From the human T2T-CHM13v2.0 reference genome, Homo sapiens: DNA of 64,000 bases. The stretch is from assembly GCF_009914755.1 (NCBI RefSeq), contig NC_060947.1; one strand, written 5' to 3'. The position numbers were made by a program, and so were the translations under genes. Positions 22,520 through 37,750 of this stretch are shown one piece after another. Position 1 is the stretch's first letter; the number at the start of each line of letters is the position of its first letter. The notes under the pieces are model-generated. The model saw nothing but the letters and a program-made list of their open reading frames with translations, was not told the DNA's origin and did not search any database.

Positions 22520-23480
22520 CTGAAGAATAAAGTAGGGGAAAGACCAGCCAAGGCCAAAACTCCAGCTCCTTAAGTGAGGATTTCCGATGATAAATTATTC
22601 CTGAATTAAACCTGAATTTTTTTTTTTAAGAGACAAGGCCTTGTTATGGTTCCCAGGCTAATCTTGAACTCCTAGCCTCAGGTGATTCTCCAGCCTTGGC
22701 CTTTCAAAGTGATCATTGATTTTTAAGCCTCCCTTACTAGTTGTAAATGGCTGTCTCCTTTAACCTCTCTTGCTGCCACGGTTCATCTTTTGAGGACCAG
22801 GACAAAATCTGCATTTGTGTAAGGTGGTTCTATTCCTTCTGGATATGATTTTTTCTCTCCAAAGCCAGGGAAGGTTTTCTCATCACTTGACTCATCCTAA
22901 AAGCTCTAGATCCTTTTTCTATTTCTGTACAAATGTGATTTCCAGAGCCAAGGCACAAGAGCTATGGTTGGTTAAAACTAACACTTTGGCCATTGGATTT
23001 GTAATTGGTTTAATTTCCACTTCACTTCAGCCCACAGGGATAACTCCTTCCTTATACACCTTATGCCTTGCTCCCTCTTTGTGGTATATATGTGTTTTGG
23101 CCATGGAAGAACCCAACTGATACCTCTCAGGCTCCTGACATATATGTTCAAGGCCAAGTATCTCCTCTTTATGTAAGAGGGCCAGGATAAAAAGGCAAAG
23201 AGAACATGGGGCAGTGGCCACGGGGTCATAGACTATTTTAGAAGTCTACACAGAGGAATGTCGCCAATTTTAATGTGAGCCAACCCTGGCCAAAGAAATA
23301 AATCCCTGGTACTGCCAGGAACAGATCCTGCCTGTTCCTGGCAGCTTCATAGATTCATTTTGTCCTTGCCCAGGTCTGACTATATTTTCCTGTGGGGTGG
23401 GACTTTAGGGAGCAGAGTTCTGATCTCCTCTGGTGTAGCAATAATACTAGCAATAATACTGACAATAATGATAATGATAA
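22520..23480. repeat. Left arm of a diverged inverted duplication (partner 31760-32730)
   Basis: Exact reverse-complement blocks in collinear inverted order: 23354-23379 = 31850-31875 (26 nt), 22918-22936 = 32406-32424 (19 nt), 22781-22797 = 32549-32565 (17 nt). Confidence 0.92.
22617..22712 (-). mobile_element. Alu monomer (FLAM-like) fragment, present in the left arm only
   Basis: Poly(T)-aagagacaagg...cttgaactcctagcctcaggtgattctcc...caaagtg. Confidence 0.8.
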
Positions 23481-24799
23481 AGATTTCACAGCTTGATTAA
23501 AATGCTACTTCCTTTAGGAGGCAATCTGATTTCTCAACTAGAAATGAGCCTAGCTTGCTCTTTCTCCCACAGCATATATATTTGTCTTATTATACATGCC
23601 CCATCTCCTCTGTGTTAAAGTGATTCAGGTATCTGTTAACTTTCACTTGGTTCTGTGCTATTTGGAAACTAGGGTCATGTCTTTTTTATGCTTGTACTTA
23701 CCACAGTGTCTATCATAGAGCTCTGCACATGGCTGGCCTTTAAACATTTTGCCATCCACATTGTTGTGAGCTCTTCAGCTCACCCTGCCAGTGTCCATGT
23801 TGACTAAAAAGTATTCAATATACTCAGTCAAGAAAAAGCTTTTCTGAAAACTTCATTGTGCCATGTATTTTAGCCTGTGGCCAGAGCATGTGAGCAGATA
23901 GAAAAGAAATAGAAATCGGAATGCCCTTCTTTCAAATCCAGAGATCCTTCTAGTCCATATGGAAGTACATCAATGAAAATCTACAGTAAACCCTGAAATT
24001 CCTCTTCACTGGAATCTTGGTACTATCCATGGAGGCAAAAAGAGGAATACATTACAACCTTGCTGAGACTATGGTGGGCTGAAGAGGGTAGTGGTGTAGC
24101 AGCCAACATATGTCTCTATTTTTCTTCCCAGACTTGCTGTAAGGGCCTTCCCGTTTGTGTTCTCACCTTTATCCTGCTGTCCTTTCCCTTCTTTTCCTAC
24201 CTCACTATGCATTTGAGGTCAAACTTCTGCAATCTCAGGCAGCTCCAGGCCTTCCAGAAGTTAAGCTAGAAAGAGGTACACATTCCAGGTAGCAAGAACC
24301 ATTGTACAAATGTTCAAGCCCACTAAGTGTGTTGGAAGCTTTCCTTTATCAAAAAATCTCCTACCTAGAACATACTGTTGTCCTGCATTTTCACCAGGAG
24401 CTCAAGGTTTATCTAGTGACTGCAGAGGAGACACATACATGGTTGAATCTCCAGGATTACTGGGTCCTGGCCCCAGAAAAGGTCAAGTGCAAAAATTTTT
24501 CATAAACTCAAATCCACCTAAAAGTCTTAAAGGCAAGGCCCAAACCCAGCTAAACATATTGCTCTTGTAAAGAACATAATCTAGGGCAGCAATCTCTAAA
24601 CTTGCATCAGTCAAGTAAGCTCAATATGATGGAGGAGCTTCTTTGGTTGAAGACAAGGTAGGGCCTTTTCCTTTTCCCCCACAGTGGTCTCTAGTGAATC
24701 TCCACTGAATTCAGGAATAAAGCTCAGACTTCAGAAATCTTAGGGCCTTGGCAGTGAGGGCTATTGGGCCACTAGAGAAGTGATCATGAACTTTTTGCT

Positions 24800-25150
24800 T
24801 CTCTATCTACACTCACTTCCTAGGTTATGATTTTAAATACCACCTGTACACTGATGAACTTCAAATGTACATATTGAACCCTGATGACTTTCCTGAAATT
24901 GAGAGTCATATGTCCAATTGCCTACTCAATATCTCTATGTAAATATCTAATGCTTATCCCAAACTTAACATATACAAAACTGATCTCTTGTTCTTTCTCT
25001 TAATCCTTGTCCCTCACTCTTCATTTTATTAAATGGCAACATCATCCTTCCAATTTCTCAGACAAAATACCTTTGAGTCATTTTTTACTCCTCTCATTCA
25101 CACAGTATCATCAAGAAACTGTATAGGCTCCACTTTGAAATATATCAAGA
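24800..25150 (+). mobile_element. L2 fragment
   Basis: tccaattgcctactcaatatctct...aaacttaacata...aaatggcaacatcatcc. Confidence 0.7.
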
Positions 25151-26190
25151 GATATATAAATACATTTTATAAAATCCAACTCCCTCTCATAATAAAAACA
25201 CTCACACATTATAGATAGAAGGGAATTTTCTCTACCTGTGAGAAGACATCTATATAACCTGACAGCTAACATCATACTTAATGGTGAAAGACTGAATGCA
25301 AACATCAGGAACAAGACAGAGATGTCTGTTCTCACCATTGCTGTTTATTGTAGTGGGGATTCTAGCCAGGGCAATTAGGGAAGCAAATGAAACAAAACAC
25401 ATCCAGATTGGAAAGGAAAAAGAAAAACTACTCTATTCACAGATACATGCATGGATGTGGTGAAAAAGAAACATTTTTACATTACTGGTGGGAATGTAAA
25501 CTAGTACAATCACTATGGGAAACAGTATGGAGATGATTTAAGAAACTAAAAGTAGAACTACCATTTGATCCAGCAATCCCACCACTGGGTATCTACCCAG
25601 AGTAAAAGAAGTTATTATATGAAAAAGACACTTGCACGCACATATTTATAGCAGAACAATTTGCAATTGAAAAAATATGGAACCAGCACGAGTGCCCAAC
25701 AACCAATGAAAGACCATTATTCTTTGTGAAGTAACTCGGGAATGGAAAACCAAACATCATGTGTTCTCACTCATAAGTGAGAGCTAAGCTATGAGGATGC
25801 AAAGGGTGAAGAATGATACAATGAACTCTGGGGACTTGAGGGGGAAGGGTGGAAGGGAGATGATGGATAGTTTTAAGGAACTAAAAGTAGAACTACATTG
25901 GTGCAGTGTACACTGCATGGGTGGTGGGTGCACTGAAATCTCAGAAATCACAACTAAATAACTTATCCATGTAACCAAATACTACTTGTTACCCTAAAAC
26001 CATTGAAATAAAAAAATAAGGAAAGTCTCAAATCAGTAACCTAAGTTTCTACCTTAAAAAACCAGAATAGAGTAGAAATTAATAAAATGGAGAAGAGAAA
26101 AGCAATACAGAAAATCAACAAGGCCAAAGTTTGGTTATTTGAAAAAATAAAATTGACAAATCTTTACTTAGACTGATGTGTGTGTGTGTA

Positions 26191-26236
<46 letters not shown>

Positions 26237-26290
26237 GAGAGAATAGACATGAGAAAGACTCAAATTACTAAAATCAGAAATAAAACAAAT
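25150..26290 (+). mobile_element. L1M ORF2 fragments plus an L1PB-like 3' end (~25446-26020)
   Basis: L1PB-type 3'UTR gctatgaggatgcaaagg...gaaatcacaactaaataacttatccatgtaacc. Confidence 0.8.
26177..26240. repeat. Compound (TG)n(AG)n microsatellite
   Basis: Directly visible. Confidence 0.95.
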
Positions 26291-26294
26291 CAGT

Positions 26295-27850
26295 ACTCCA
26301 TTCCTTTCATGGCTAAATAATATTACATTGTGTAGTTATACAAACACTTTAACACATTTTGTTGTCAATTCACCAGTTTAGGGACATTGGGTTGTTTTCA
26401 CCTTTTGGCTACTATTAATGCTGATATGAACATTCATATATAAGCTTTTGTGTAGACATATGTTTTCCTTTTTCTGGGGTATATATATAGGAGTGGAGTT
26501 GATGGATCAAATAATAACTTTATATTTAACTTTTTGAAAATTGTCATATTGTTTTCCACCAGCAAAAGTAGCTCAGTGACAAAATATGAACACTCCAATT
26601 TCTCTACATCCTCTCCAACACTTACTGCTATTGTGTGACTTTTTGTTATTACAGCCATACTAATATGCATGAAGTGGTATCTCATTGCAGTTTTGATTTG
26701 CATTTTCCTAGTTACTGACAAGCTTGAGTGTTTGTTCTTATTTATTGACTATTTGTATATCTTCCTTGGAGAAGTGACTATTCAAATCATCTGCTCATTT
26801 TAAAATTTAATTATTTGTTGCTACAGTCCAAATGTTTGTGTCCTCCCCAAATTCATATATTGAAATCCCAACCTCCAAGGTGATAATATTAGGAGGTGAG
26901 GCCTTTTTGTGACGATTAGGTCAGAAGGGTGGAGTCTTCATGACTGGTATTAGTGCCCTTATAAAGAGACCCCAGAGAGGTAGTAAGTCCATTCTACCAT
27001 GTGAGGACACAACTAGAAGCTGGCATCTATGAACCCCAAAGTAGACCCTCATAAGACACTGGATCTGCTGACATCTTGATCTTGGGCTTCCTAGCCAAGA
27101 AATAAATACATTTTTGTTGTTTCTAAGCTACATAGCTTAGGGTATTTTGTTGTTGCAGCCCAAAGAGACTGAGACATTTTCTTTTTTATTGTTGAGCTGA
27201 AAATATTCCTTATATATCCTGGAAACAAGTTCCCTATCAGATGCATTATTTGGTAAAATTATCTCCCATTTTGTGGCTTGTCTTTTCTTTTTCTTGGAAT
27301 GCCATTTGATGCACAAAAGTTTACAGTCTTGGTAAAGGCCTATTTATCTATTTTTTGTCTGATGTTGCTTGTGCTTATGGTATCATATATAAGGATTTTT
27401 TTTCTAATCTAAGATTTCAATGATTTATGTTTTTTTTTCTAAGAGTTTTATGGTGTTAGCACTTACATTTAGGTCTGTGATTCATTTTGAGTTAATTTTC
27501 CTGTGTGGTGTGAGGTATTTTTTCAACTCCATTCTTTTAGATATGGGTATCTAATTGTCTCAACACAATTTGTTGCAAAGATTTCTTTCTCCATTTAATG
27601 TCTTGATATCCTTTCAAAAAGAAATTGAAGACAATTGTATGGGTTTAACTCTCTTTTCTGTTCCATCAATCTATATGTCTTTATTTATGCCAGTACAACA
27701 CCGTTTTCATTACTACAGCTTTGTGGTAAGTTTTGAAATCAGGACACATAAGCCTTTACAGTTTGCTCCTCTTTTTAAATATTATTTTGGCTATTGTGGG
27801 TCCCTTGCATTTCCATATGAATTTTAGGATTAGCTTGTCACTTCTAAAAA
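26295..27850 (-). mobile_element. Old L1M ORF2 end/3' region interrupted by an LTR
   Basis: Antisense MQIKTAMRYH-type motif (ORF 26434-26721); L1 sequence resumes after 27176. Confidence 0.85.
26819..27176 (+). mobile_element. MSTD/MLT1A-type MaLR solo LTR
   Basis: TG...aatgtttgtgtcctccccaaattcatat...gcagccc...gactgagaCA. Confidence 0.85.
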
Positions 27851-27899
27851 GAAGGGCTTAGGTGTTATTCTTAGCTCTCTTTTCTTTTGGCTTTATATC

Positions 27900-27940
27900 T
27901 CTTTATTAGCTAGGGATCTCCAGGTAAACAGAACGAATAA

Positions 27941-27986
<46 letters not shown>

Positions 27987-28338
27987 CATCTAGATAATAG
28001 ATAAATAGATTTATTATAAGGAATTGGCTCATATGATTATGGAGGCTAGCAAGTCCAAAATATGTATTGTGGGCTGGCAGGTCCAAGACCCAGGAAAGTT
28101 TATAGTGCAGTTTCAGTCCAAAGACTGGGCAGCCAGGAAACCCAAGAAGGCTGATGGTGCAGATGAATTCTAATGGCATTATTCTGGGGAATTTTCTTTT
28201 GCTTAGGGAGGCTGGTCTTTTATTCTATTTAGGCTTTCAACTACTTGTGTAAGGTCCATTCACATAGACAGCAACCTGCTTTAGTCAAGGTTCAATGATT
28301 TAAATGTCAGCCTCATCCAAAAATACCTTCAGAGTTGA
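27900..28338 (-). mobile_element. MLT2 (ERVL) solo LTR with internal (GA)n
   Basis: ggaattggctcatatgattatggaggct...aagtcc; terminus gttgacgcataaaattaaccatca. Confidence 0.85.
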
Positions 28339-28339
28339 C

Positions 28340-29800
28340 GCATAAAATTAACCATCATGACCTCCTCCCCAGCATTTAAAACTTTTGCCATAAATTACTT
28401 ATGATTTACAAGCCTCTATCTTCTGCTAAATAGTTCTCTTGAGAAATTTATTTATATACACACACAAACACCTACTTCCATATATCCATTTACCTAGTTC
28501 ACATCTTCATCTGAATATCCATCGAGCCCCTCAAACCAGGTTTGTTCAAAACTAAATTCATCTTCTCTCCCTCCCTCACCGAGGAAGCAAACAAACCTGC
28601 TACTCATCCTCACCATTCACCCACTCAATTGAGTCAGAAACTTGGGAATCTCTCATTCCTGTCACTCATCATCCAACCCAGTGACATCCTAACTATTCCT
28701 CCCCTGTATCTCTCCTATTACCTCTTTCTTTTCATTGCACCATCTCATTGTTGCTGCCACTTCCTTGCTGCAAGCCCTTATCCTCTACTACCTTGGCAAG
28801 AGCCTACTAACTGTTCTCCCTTTTCTAGCCTCACTTTCTACGTAACCAACCTACATGTTGATTCCAAAGTAGCCTGTTTAAAATTGGCATCTGTTTAAAT
28901 CTCTTCTTGCTTAAAACCTTCTGATGGCCACTTAACACCTAAGGTACATCGAACCCACATGATGCAGCTATCAAGTTATTTCAAGATATGGATCTTGCCT
29001 GCCTCTCCAACCTCATCTCTATCTAGACCTCCTTGGCACTCCCTCACATTTTATGCTCCAGCAATACCAAATTGGATACTATTTCCAAAATATACCACAT
29101 CATTTCTCACCTTTGCACACACTACTGCCTCCATATAAACTTTTGCTCCCACCCCCTTAATCCTCTGGAAAACTTGAATGCATTGCTCAATATCCTGCTG
29201 CCATGGTTTCTCCACAATGATGCTTCCCATGACACCCAGAGTTATAGACAATCATCAATTTCTCCATGTTACTGTCATAAAATATACCTGATTACATTTT
29301 TGCTCTTTTCATAATGTCTTGGCTTTAGATTTATTACACGTCCCTCCTATTAGTCAAAAAACAGGAAACTATGTCATATTCAGCACTGATCTCCAATGCC
29401 TTGCTAAGGGCTTAGCTCATACAGGACTCAGTAAATATTTGAGATGGAGTTATTGTTGAATACATATTCAAGCAACTGATTGAAATGAAAATGGTTTCAC
29501 TTGATACTTATATGCTGTTGGCTCCCAGATCTTTGTTGCCAGTCCTTTCCTGAATTCTAGACCTATGTGCAGCTGTTACCTAAACATTTCCACTTGGATA
29601 CAATAACTTCCACTCAACCTATTCAAACTTACCTCATCAAACCTGCTCCTTCAACTTATGTAGGTAAATGGCATCACCTAGAAACACAAGTTCAGAATCT
29701 GAAACTTATTTTAAACTTTCCACAACCCTGCCCTTCAGCTTCTGTCACCTCCCCTCCAATCTGTCACAAGGTCCCCCTGATTCCAATTCCATAACTTCTC
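28340..29800 (+). mobile_element. L2 fragments
   Basis: Pyrimidine-rich L2 body and the 3' end motif ctcagtaaatatttg (~29428). Confidence 0.65.
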
Positions 29801-30204
29801 TTATATGTGTTCCCCCATCCCCTGTCTGACCTAGTGGGAGCATTTAATATGGCAGTCTACATCAAGGTATGGGTTTCTAGGAATTGTGTGGAACCAGAAG
29901 AGCTGTGAAGCTCAAATAATATAGTAAGTGAGAAAGGCCCAAGAACACTCTAACATGTTTCTAATTCCTATTTTGATATGACTGTGAGCAGCTCCTCCTC
30001 TCTTCATCACTTATCAGAAATCATCACTTTGCCAATGCCACATATCAGCCAGAGAAAATGACTGAATCCCTTTTGCACGGGCTGGAGCAGACCAGGCAGA
30101 AATGCTGGCCTTATCATCTGACACCAAGGTATGGCCCTGAGAGTTGAGGTTAGATAAGACAGCTTTGTTCACAAAACAAAAATATTTTGTGTGACTAATA
30201 AGCC

Positions 30205-30460
30205 CTCAGAGAGACAGGATAGAACAGCGATTAAGAGTAAACTGCTAGGTTTGACTTACGCTACTGTGGTATGTGACCTTGGAAAAGGAACGTAGTCTTT
30301 TCTCTTTGTATAATGATAGTACCTACAGGATAATTATAGTACCTACAGATTATGAGGTTGTTGTGAAAATTAAAAGAATCATTACATAGAAGGCTCACTG
30401 AATCATACTTGACACATTGTAAACACAATATAAATATCTGTTATATATTATCATTATTTT
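30205..30460 (+). mobile_element. MIR
   Basis: tgtgaccttgg core, aggttgttgtgaaaattaaa, ttattatcatt tail. Confidence 0.7.
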
Positions 30461-31519
30461 ATGGGCCAGGCCCTGTGTTCCTTGCAACATTGTTGCTCCT
30501 ATAGCTTGAGACAAATAAAATGCATAAATTGAAAGCACATTCTATGTGGAGAAGAGACAAGGCCTGTGTTGGAGTTGTAGTATCATGTGTCAGGTCCAAA
30601 GATCAAAGGGAAAGCCAAAGACAAGAGAGGGTGAAAGAGACAAAGACCAAAGATAAAACCAGAGGTGGAAAGCAAGGCAAGTAGAGAGACTATATGGGTC
30701 AGGAGATGGGGCAGAAGACACCAACTAGCAGCGGGGTCAGAGCCTAGGAACCGCATCAGACTAGATGAACTGTTTTACTGAAGCAGCAGAAAGTGGTATA
30801 ATCAGAAGAGCAGTGTAGGGGAATAGAACCTGGATGGAGCTGGGAGAACCTTCCCAAGTGTCAAGGATGAAGAAAGATGAAGAGCTGTGTAAAGGTGTCA
30901 AAATCTGCGAAGATCAGGGCATGAGAAGTAGGATGAAGGCATTTGTGTATTTTGGGGTTGAGGGAAGGGTCTGCCAGGGTCTTAGGGCCAGGCCGCATGT
31001 GGGGTACAGGCTGGGGTCTAAGCAGGTGGGCTCTGATAAGGAGCAGTAACAGTGATCATGGTAATATTAGCCAATAACTAAGTCTACTAATCACTTGGTA
31101 TGGGAGCTAAACCCACTCAACAATTATTATGGGCTGGAGAAAGTGGACATGATGGTTGAGCCAGACTGGGGGAGAGGAAGCTGGAAGGACACAAGGCTGG
31201 GCCATGAGCTCTGAGATTTTGACTGGGCCTAGGAAAAATTCCTTGACATTGGTCTGAGACAAGACATGCAGTCAGGGTAGGAAGAGATCCAGAAGGAGGC
31301 ACCTACCTGCACTGATTGTCTAGGGACCCATGCTCTTTGACAGAAGTGATATCAATCAGAAAGGGCCCTGCTTGTTCCCATGGGCAGGCTGGCACTTCCC
31401 CAGAGAAAGACCAGGAGTTGAGGTTGTGGTGATGCTATCAGTAAAGAACTGACTGGAAATGAGAAACAGGAAGGCAGGTATCTACATGGACAAATTCAGA
31501 GAGGTATATACACATAGAA

Positions 31520-31785
31520 ACAGTGTGTTGGAGAGGAAAAGATCACTTGACCTGTAATATGTCATGCCTGTGGTGGAATATAAGGCTCTGTGACCTTAGG
31601 CAAGTTGTTTAGCCTTTCTGGGCTTCTGTTCCTTTCTTGTCATACAGGAGCCAAGAGTCATGCTTCTCTCATGAGCCTCTTGTGAAGGTGAAATGATATG
31701 GTGCCTGTGAAGCACATAGCATGGCATCTGATGTAGAGTGAATGTAAGATGAATACTAGTTATCATTATCATCAGTATTATTACT
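31520..31785 (+). mobile_element. MIR
   Basis: tgtgaccttaggcaagttgtttagcctttctgggc...ttgtgaaggtgaaatga...tagttatcattatc. Confidence 0.75.
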
Positions 31786-32730
31786 ATACTCTCAAACAGA
31801 GGGCATCAGGACTATGCTCCCACAAGTTCCATTCTAGAGGAAAATAAAATCAGACCTGGGCAAGGACAAAATGAAATCTTTGAAGCTGCCAGGAGCAAAC
31901 AGAAATCCGTTCCTGGCAGGACCAGGGATTTATTTATTTTACCAGGGATGGCTCACATTAAAATTGTCCTCATTTCTGTGTGTGGACTTCTGTGCAGTCT
32001 ATAGCCCTCTGATCTACTGGCTGAGCTATTGAATGGCGCACCTTTGGGTGGACTTCCAAAAGAGCCTATAACCCCATGGCCACTGTTCCGCATTATCTCT
32101 GCCTCTTTATCCTGATCTTCTTGGGTTCTGGGGAAAAGAGGAAGTACTTGGCCTTGATCATGTATGTCAGCAGCCTGAAAGGAATGGATGGGGTTCTCCC
32201 ATGACTAACATACACACACACACACCCTAAACAGACAAAGAGAGAGCAGAGCCTGAGCTCTATAGGGTATGAGTCATCTCCATGGGCTGAAATGGAGTGG
32301 AAATTAAACTGACTACAAATTCAATGGCCAAAGAACTATTTTTATCTATACCTGTTTTATCTATACAACAGAGCCTATACCTGTTGTATCTTGGCTCTGG
32401 AAACTACATTTGTACAGAAATAGAGGAAGAATCTGGAGCTTTTAGGATGGGTAAAATGATGAAAAGACTTACTCAGGTTTTAGAGAGAGAGAAAAAAATA
32501 ATGTCCAGAAGGATAAGACCACCTTATGCAAATGTAGATTTTGATCTTGTCCTCAAAAGATGAACTGTGACAAAGAGACAAAGAGGTTAAAAGGGGCAGC
32601 CATTTAGAACTAGTGAGGGAAGCTTAAAAATCAGTCAGAATTCGAGGATGATTCATGTGGGATCTCCACTTAAGGGACTGGTGGTTTGAAGCCAAATATG
32701 CCTTAGCTGGTCTTCCCCTTCCCCGCTTTG
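31760..32730. repeat. Right arm of the diverged inverted duplication (partner 22520-23480)
   Basis: See left arm; roughly three-quarters identity by eye, with indels. Confidence 0.92.
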
Positions 32731-33685
32731 TCCTTTTGTATATATACACACACAGAAGATACAAAAATCATTCATATTTTTATATATATATATATACATA
32801 CATATATAAAAATGATTTTCAAAGAAATAATATAATAATGGAAATTAAAAAGAAAATTCAATGGACATATACAAAAGAAATGAACCACTGAACAGATTTG
32901 AAGAAATAGCCTAGGATACAACATAGATAGCACAGAGATGGAAAATATAAATGAGAGACAAAGAAAGTAGAGTGAGATGTTGTAATATACATCTAATTGG
33001 ATTTCCATAAAAAGACAATAGAAATATTTTTTGAATTGAGGAAATGCAGCTGTAGTTGAATTCAGATAGCCTAATTGATCCTAAGCAAACATTCTAAGAT
33101 GTCTCACCCTAGAACCATTATGGTGAAACTGTAGAACCCCAAAGACAAAGAAAAAAAAATCATTAAAAAGAACCAAAAAAGATGGATTACTTACTCAGGA
33201 ATAATAATTAGATTGACAATTTACTTCTCATAACAATGAAAATGAGAAAAAATAAATTTATATTACCAATGTGTTGAAAAAGAATAATTGTCAATTAGGA
33301 ATTCTATACCTGGTAAACTGTCTTTAAAGAATGAAGGAAAAATAAAGCCATTTTTAACCAAACCAAACCAAGCCAAAAAGAAAACTGAGATGGTCTGTCA
33401 TAAAGAGACTTTTGCTACAGGAAATTCTAAAGGATACATTTGAGTCAGAAAGATACCCCAGATGGAAAGCCTGAGATGCAAGAAAGAAGGATGGGTAAAA
33501 TAAGAATGTAAATATGTGAGCAGATGTTTAACTACTGACTGAATGAAATATTGATAATAATGTCTAATTTGTGGGGTTAAAAAAGATAACTAAAATACTA
33601 AGAAGAAAAGCATATATATTGGTATGCAGTAAATAGAGCTAAGATTTTCTGTGGCTTCTGTATTTTTCTGGATGAGTATATGAAT

Positions 33686-33686
33686 G

Positions 33687-33724
<38 letters not shown>

Positions 33725-34321
33725 CTTTAAGTTTTAGGGTACATGTGCACAATGTGCAGGTTAGTTACATATGTATACATGTGCCATGTTGGTGTACTGC
33801 ACCCATTAACTCATCATTTAGCGTTAGGTATATCTCCTAATGTTATCCCTCCCCCCTTCCCCCACCCCACAACAGTCCCCAGAGTGTGATGTTCCCCTTC
33901 CTGTGTCCATGTGTTCTCATTGTTCAATTCCCACCTATAAGTGAGAACATGCGGTGTTTGGTTTTTTGTACTTGCGACAGTTTACTGAGAATGATGATTT
34001 CCAGTTTCATCCATGTCCCTACAAAGGACATGAACTCAACATTTTTTATGGCTGCATAGTATTCCATGGTGTATATGTGCCACATTTTCTTAATCCAGTC
34101 TATCGTATGGATATTTGGCTTGGTTCCAAGTCTTTGCTACTGTGAATAGTGCTGCAATAAACATATGTGTGCATGTGTCTTTATAGCAGCATGATTTACA
34201 GTCCTTTGGGTATATACCCAGTAATGAGATGGCTGGGTCAAATGGAATTTCTAGTTCTAGATCCCTGAGGAATCGCCACACTGACTTCCACAATGGTTGA
34301 ACTAGTTTACAGTCCCACCAA
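33686..34321 (-). mobile_element. Short L1PA3/4-like 3' end with (ATT)n tail
   Basis: Antisense 3'UTR and ORF2 end; weak TSD AATGTT. Confidence 0.93.
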
Positions 34322-34347
34322 ATGTTGATTTTTTTTTAACTTTGTTA

Positions 34348-35527
<1,180 letters not shown>

Positions 35528-36021
35528 GAAAAGGGAAAGGTAGAAAAAGTGGGTTAAAGAGAAATTCCAAAATAAGATGGTAAAAATAAATTCAAATATA
35601 TCAGTAATAACAAGTGTACTAAATTATCCATGTAAAAGACAGTTTGTTCAAAATGGAAAAAATCTATCTATATTCTGTTACAAAGGACATATTTAAACAT
35701 AGTAATATAGAGAGACTGGCTGTAGGAAAAACAGTGGAGAAAAAAGTACTAGGTAAATACTAACTGACAGAAAGCTGGTGTAGCTATATTAATGGCAAAC
35801 CAAATAGACCAAGGCAAAAAGCATTACTAGAAATAAAGCCACTACATAATTGTAATAGATTTAATTTACTTTGAAGGTACAACAATTTTACATGTATCTA
35901 ATAACACAGCTTTAAATATTTATATTAGAAAGTAAGGAAGGCTGAAAATTAAGATGTTGAGCATATCTTATTAAATCAAAAAAGACCAGTGGAATTAAAG
36001 CAAGGAAAATAAAAAGAATGA

Positions 36022-36312
36022 GTGGTGGCTCATGCCTGTAATCCCAGCATATTGGAAGGCTTAGGCGGGCAGATTGCTTCAGCCCAGAAGTCTGAGACCA
36101 GCCTGGGGAACATGGCAAAACTCTGTCTCTACAAAAAATACGAAAATCAGCCAGGTGTGTTGGAGCCCAATTTAGTCTCAGCTACTTGGGAGGCTGAGGT
36201 AGGAGGATTGCCTAAGCCCAGGGAGGTCAAGGCTGCAGTGAGCTGTGATTGTGCCACTGCACTCCAGCCTGGGCAAAAGAGTAAGACACTGTCTGAAAAT
36301 AAATAAAAATTA

Positions 36313-36356
<44 letters not shown>

Positions 36357-36358
36357 AA
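36022..36358 (+). mobile_element. AluJ-like with (GAAA)n tail
   Basis: Alu dimer and tetranucleotide tail. Confidence 0.9.
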
Positions 36359-36504
36359 AATGTCAGTAATCACAAGTGAAATAGAAAATAAATATATGTC
36401 AAAGAATATTAACTGAGCCAAAAGATGATGCGCTGAAAATGTTAGTAAACCCCTGGCAAGTATTCTCAATGAAAAAGCAAAACAACAACAATGACAACAA
36501 AACA

Positions 36505-37128
<624 letters not shown>

Positions 37129-37449
37129 GAGCAGGAGAGAGAAAGCACAGTATTAAAAATAAGAAAAGGTACATGCCTACAAGGTCTGCAGAGGTTATAA
37201 AGATACTAAGAGGACACTATAAACAATATAAACATTTTTTTCTATAAAGACAGAACTTGCCAAAAGTGATTCAAAGAGAAATTAAAACCTTGACTAATTA
37301 TTCAATAATTTTTAAAATGATCTGGTAGTGGAAAAAACATCCTTAATAGACATTAGGCAGAGATAGTTTAAAGGCAATTTGAAAAACTGGTAATTCCAAC
37401 CTTATAAATACTCTTCTAGAATACAGGAAAAGAGGGAATAATTTCCAAC

Positions 37450-37750
37450 TTTTTTTTTTTTTAAGAAAAGGCCTCGCTCTGTCACCTAGACTGGAGTGCA
37501 GTGGTGTGATCATGCTCTCTGTAGCCTAGTACTCCCAAGCTGAAGTGATCTTCCCACATCAACCTCCCAACTAGCTGGTACTTCAGGCACCTGCCACCAC
37601 GCCTGGCTAATTTTTTTTATTTTTATTTTCTGTACAGACGAGGTTTCACCATGTTGCCTTGGCTGGTCTCAAACTCCTGGGCTCAATGGATCCTCCTGCC
37701 TTGGGCCTCCCAAAGTGCTGGGATTACAGGCATAAGCTATCATGCCTGGC
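37450..37750 (-). mobile_element. AluJ-like
   Basis: Poly(T) and antisense dimer. Confidence 0.9.

Noticed and set aside
32526-32533. ATGCAAAT octamer as the conserved function of the duplication
   Set aside because: The corresponding left-arm position reads ACACAAAT, so the motif is not shared.
32297-32563. 88-aa ORF in the right inverted arm as a gene
   Set aside because: GTG start, no recognisable domain, and the frame is not preserved in the paralogous arm.
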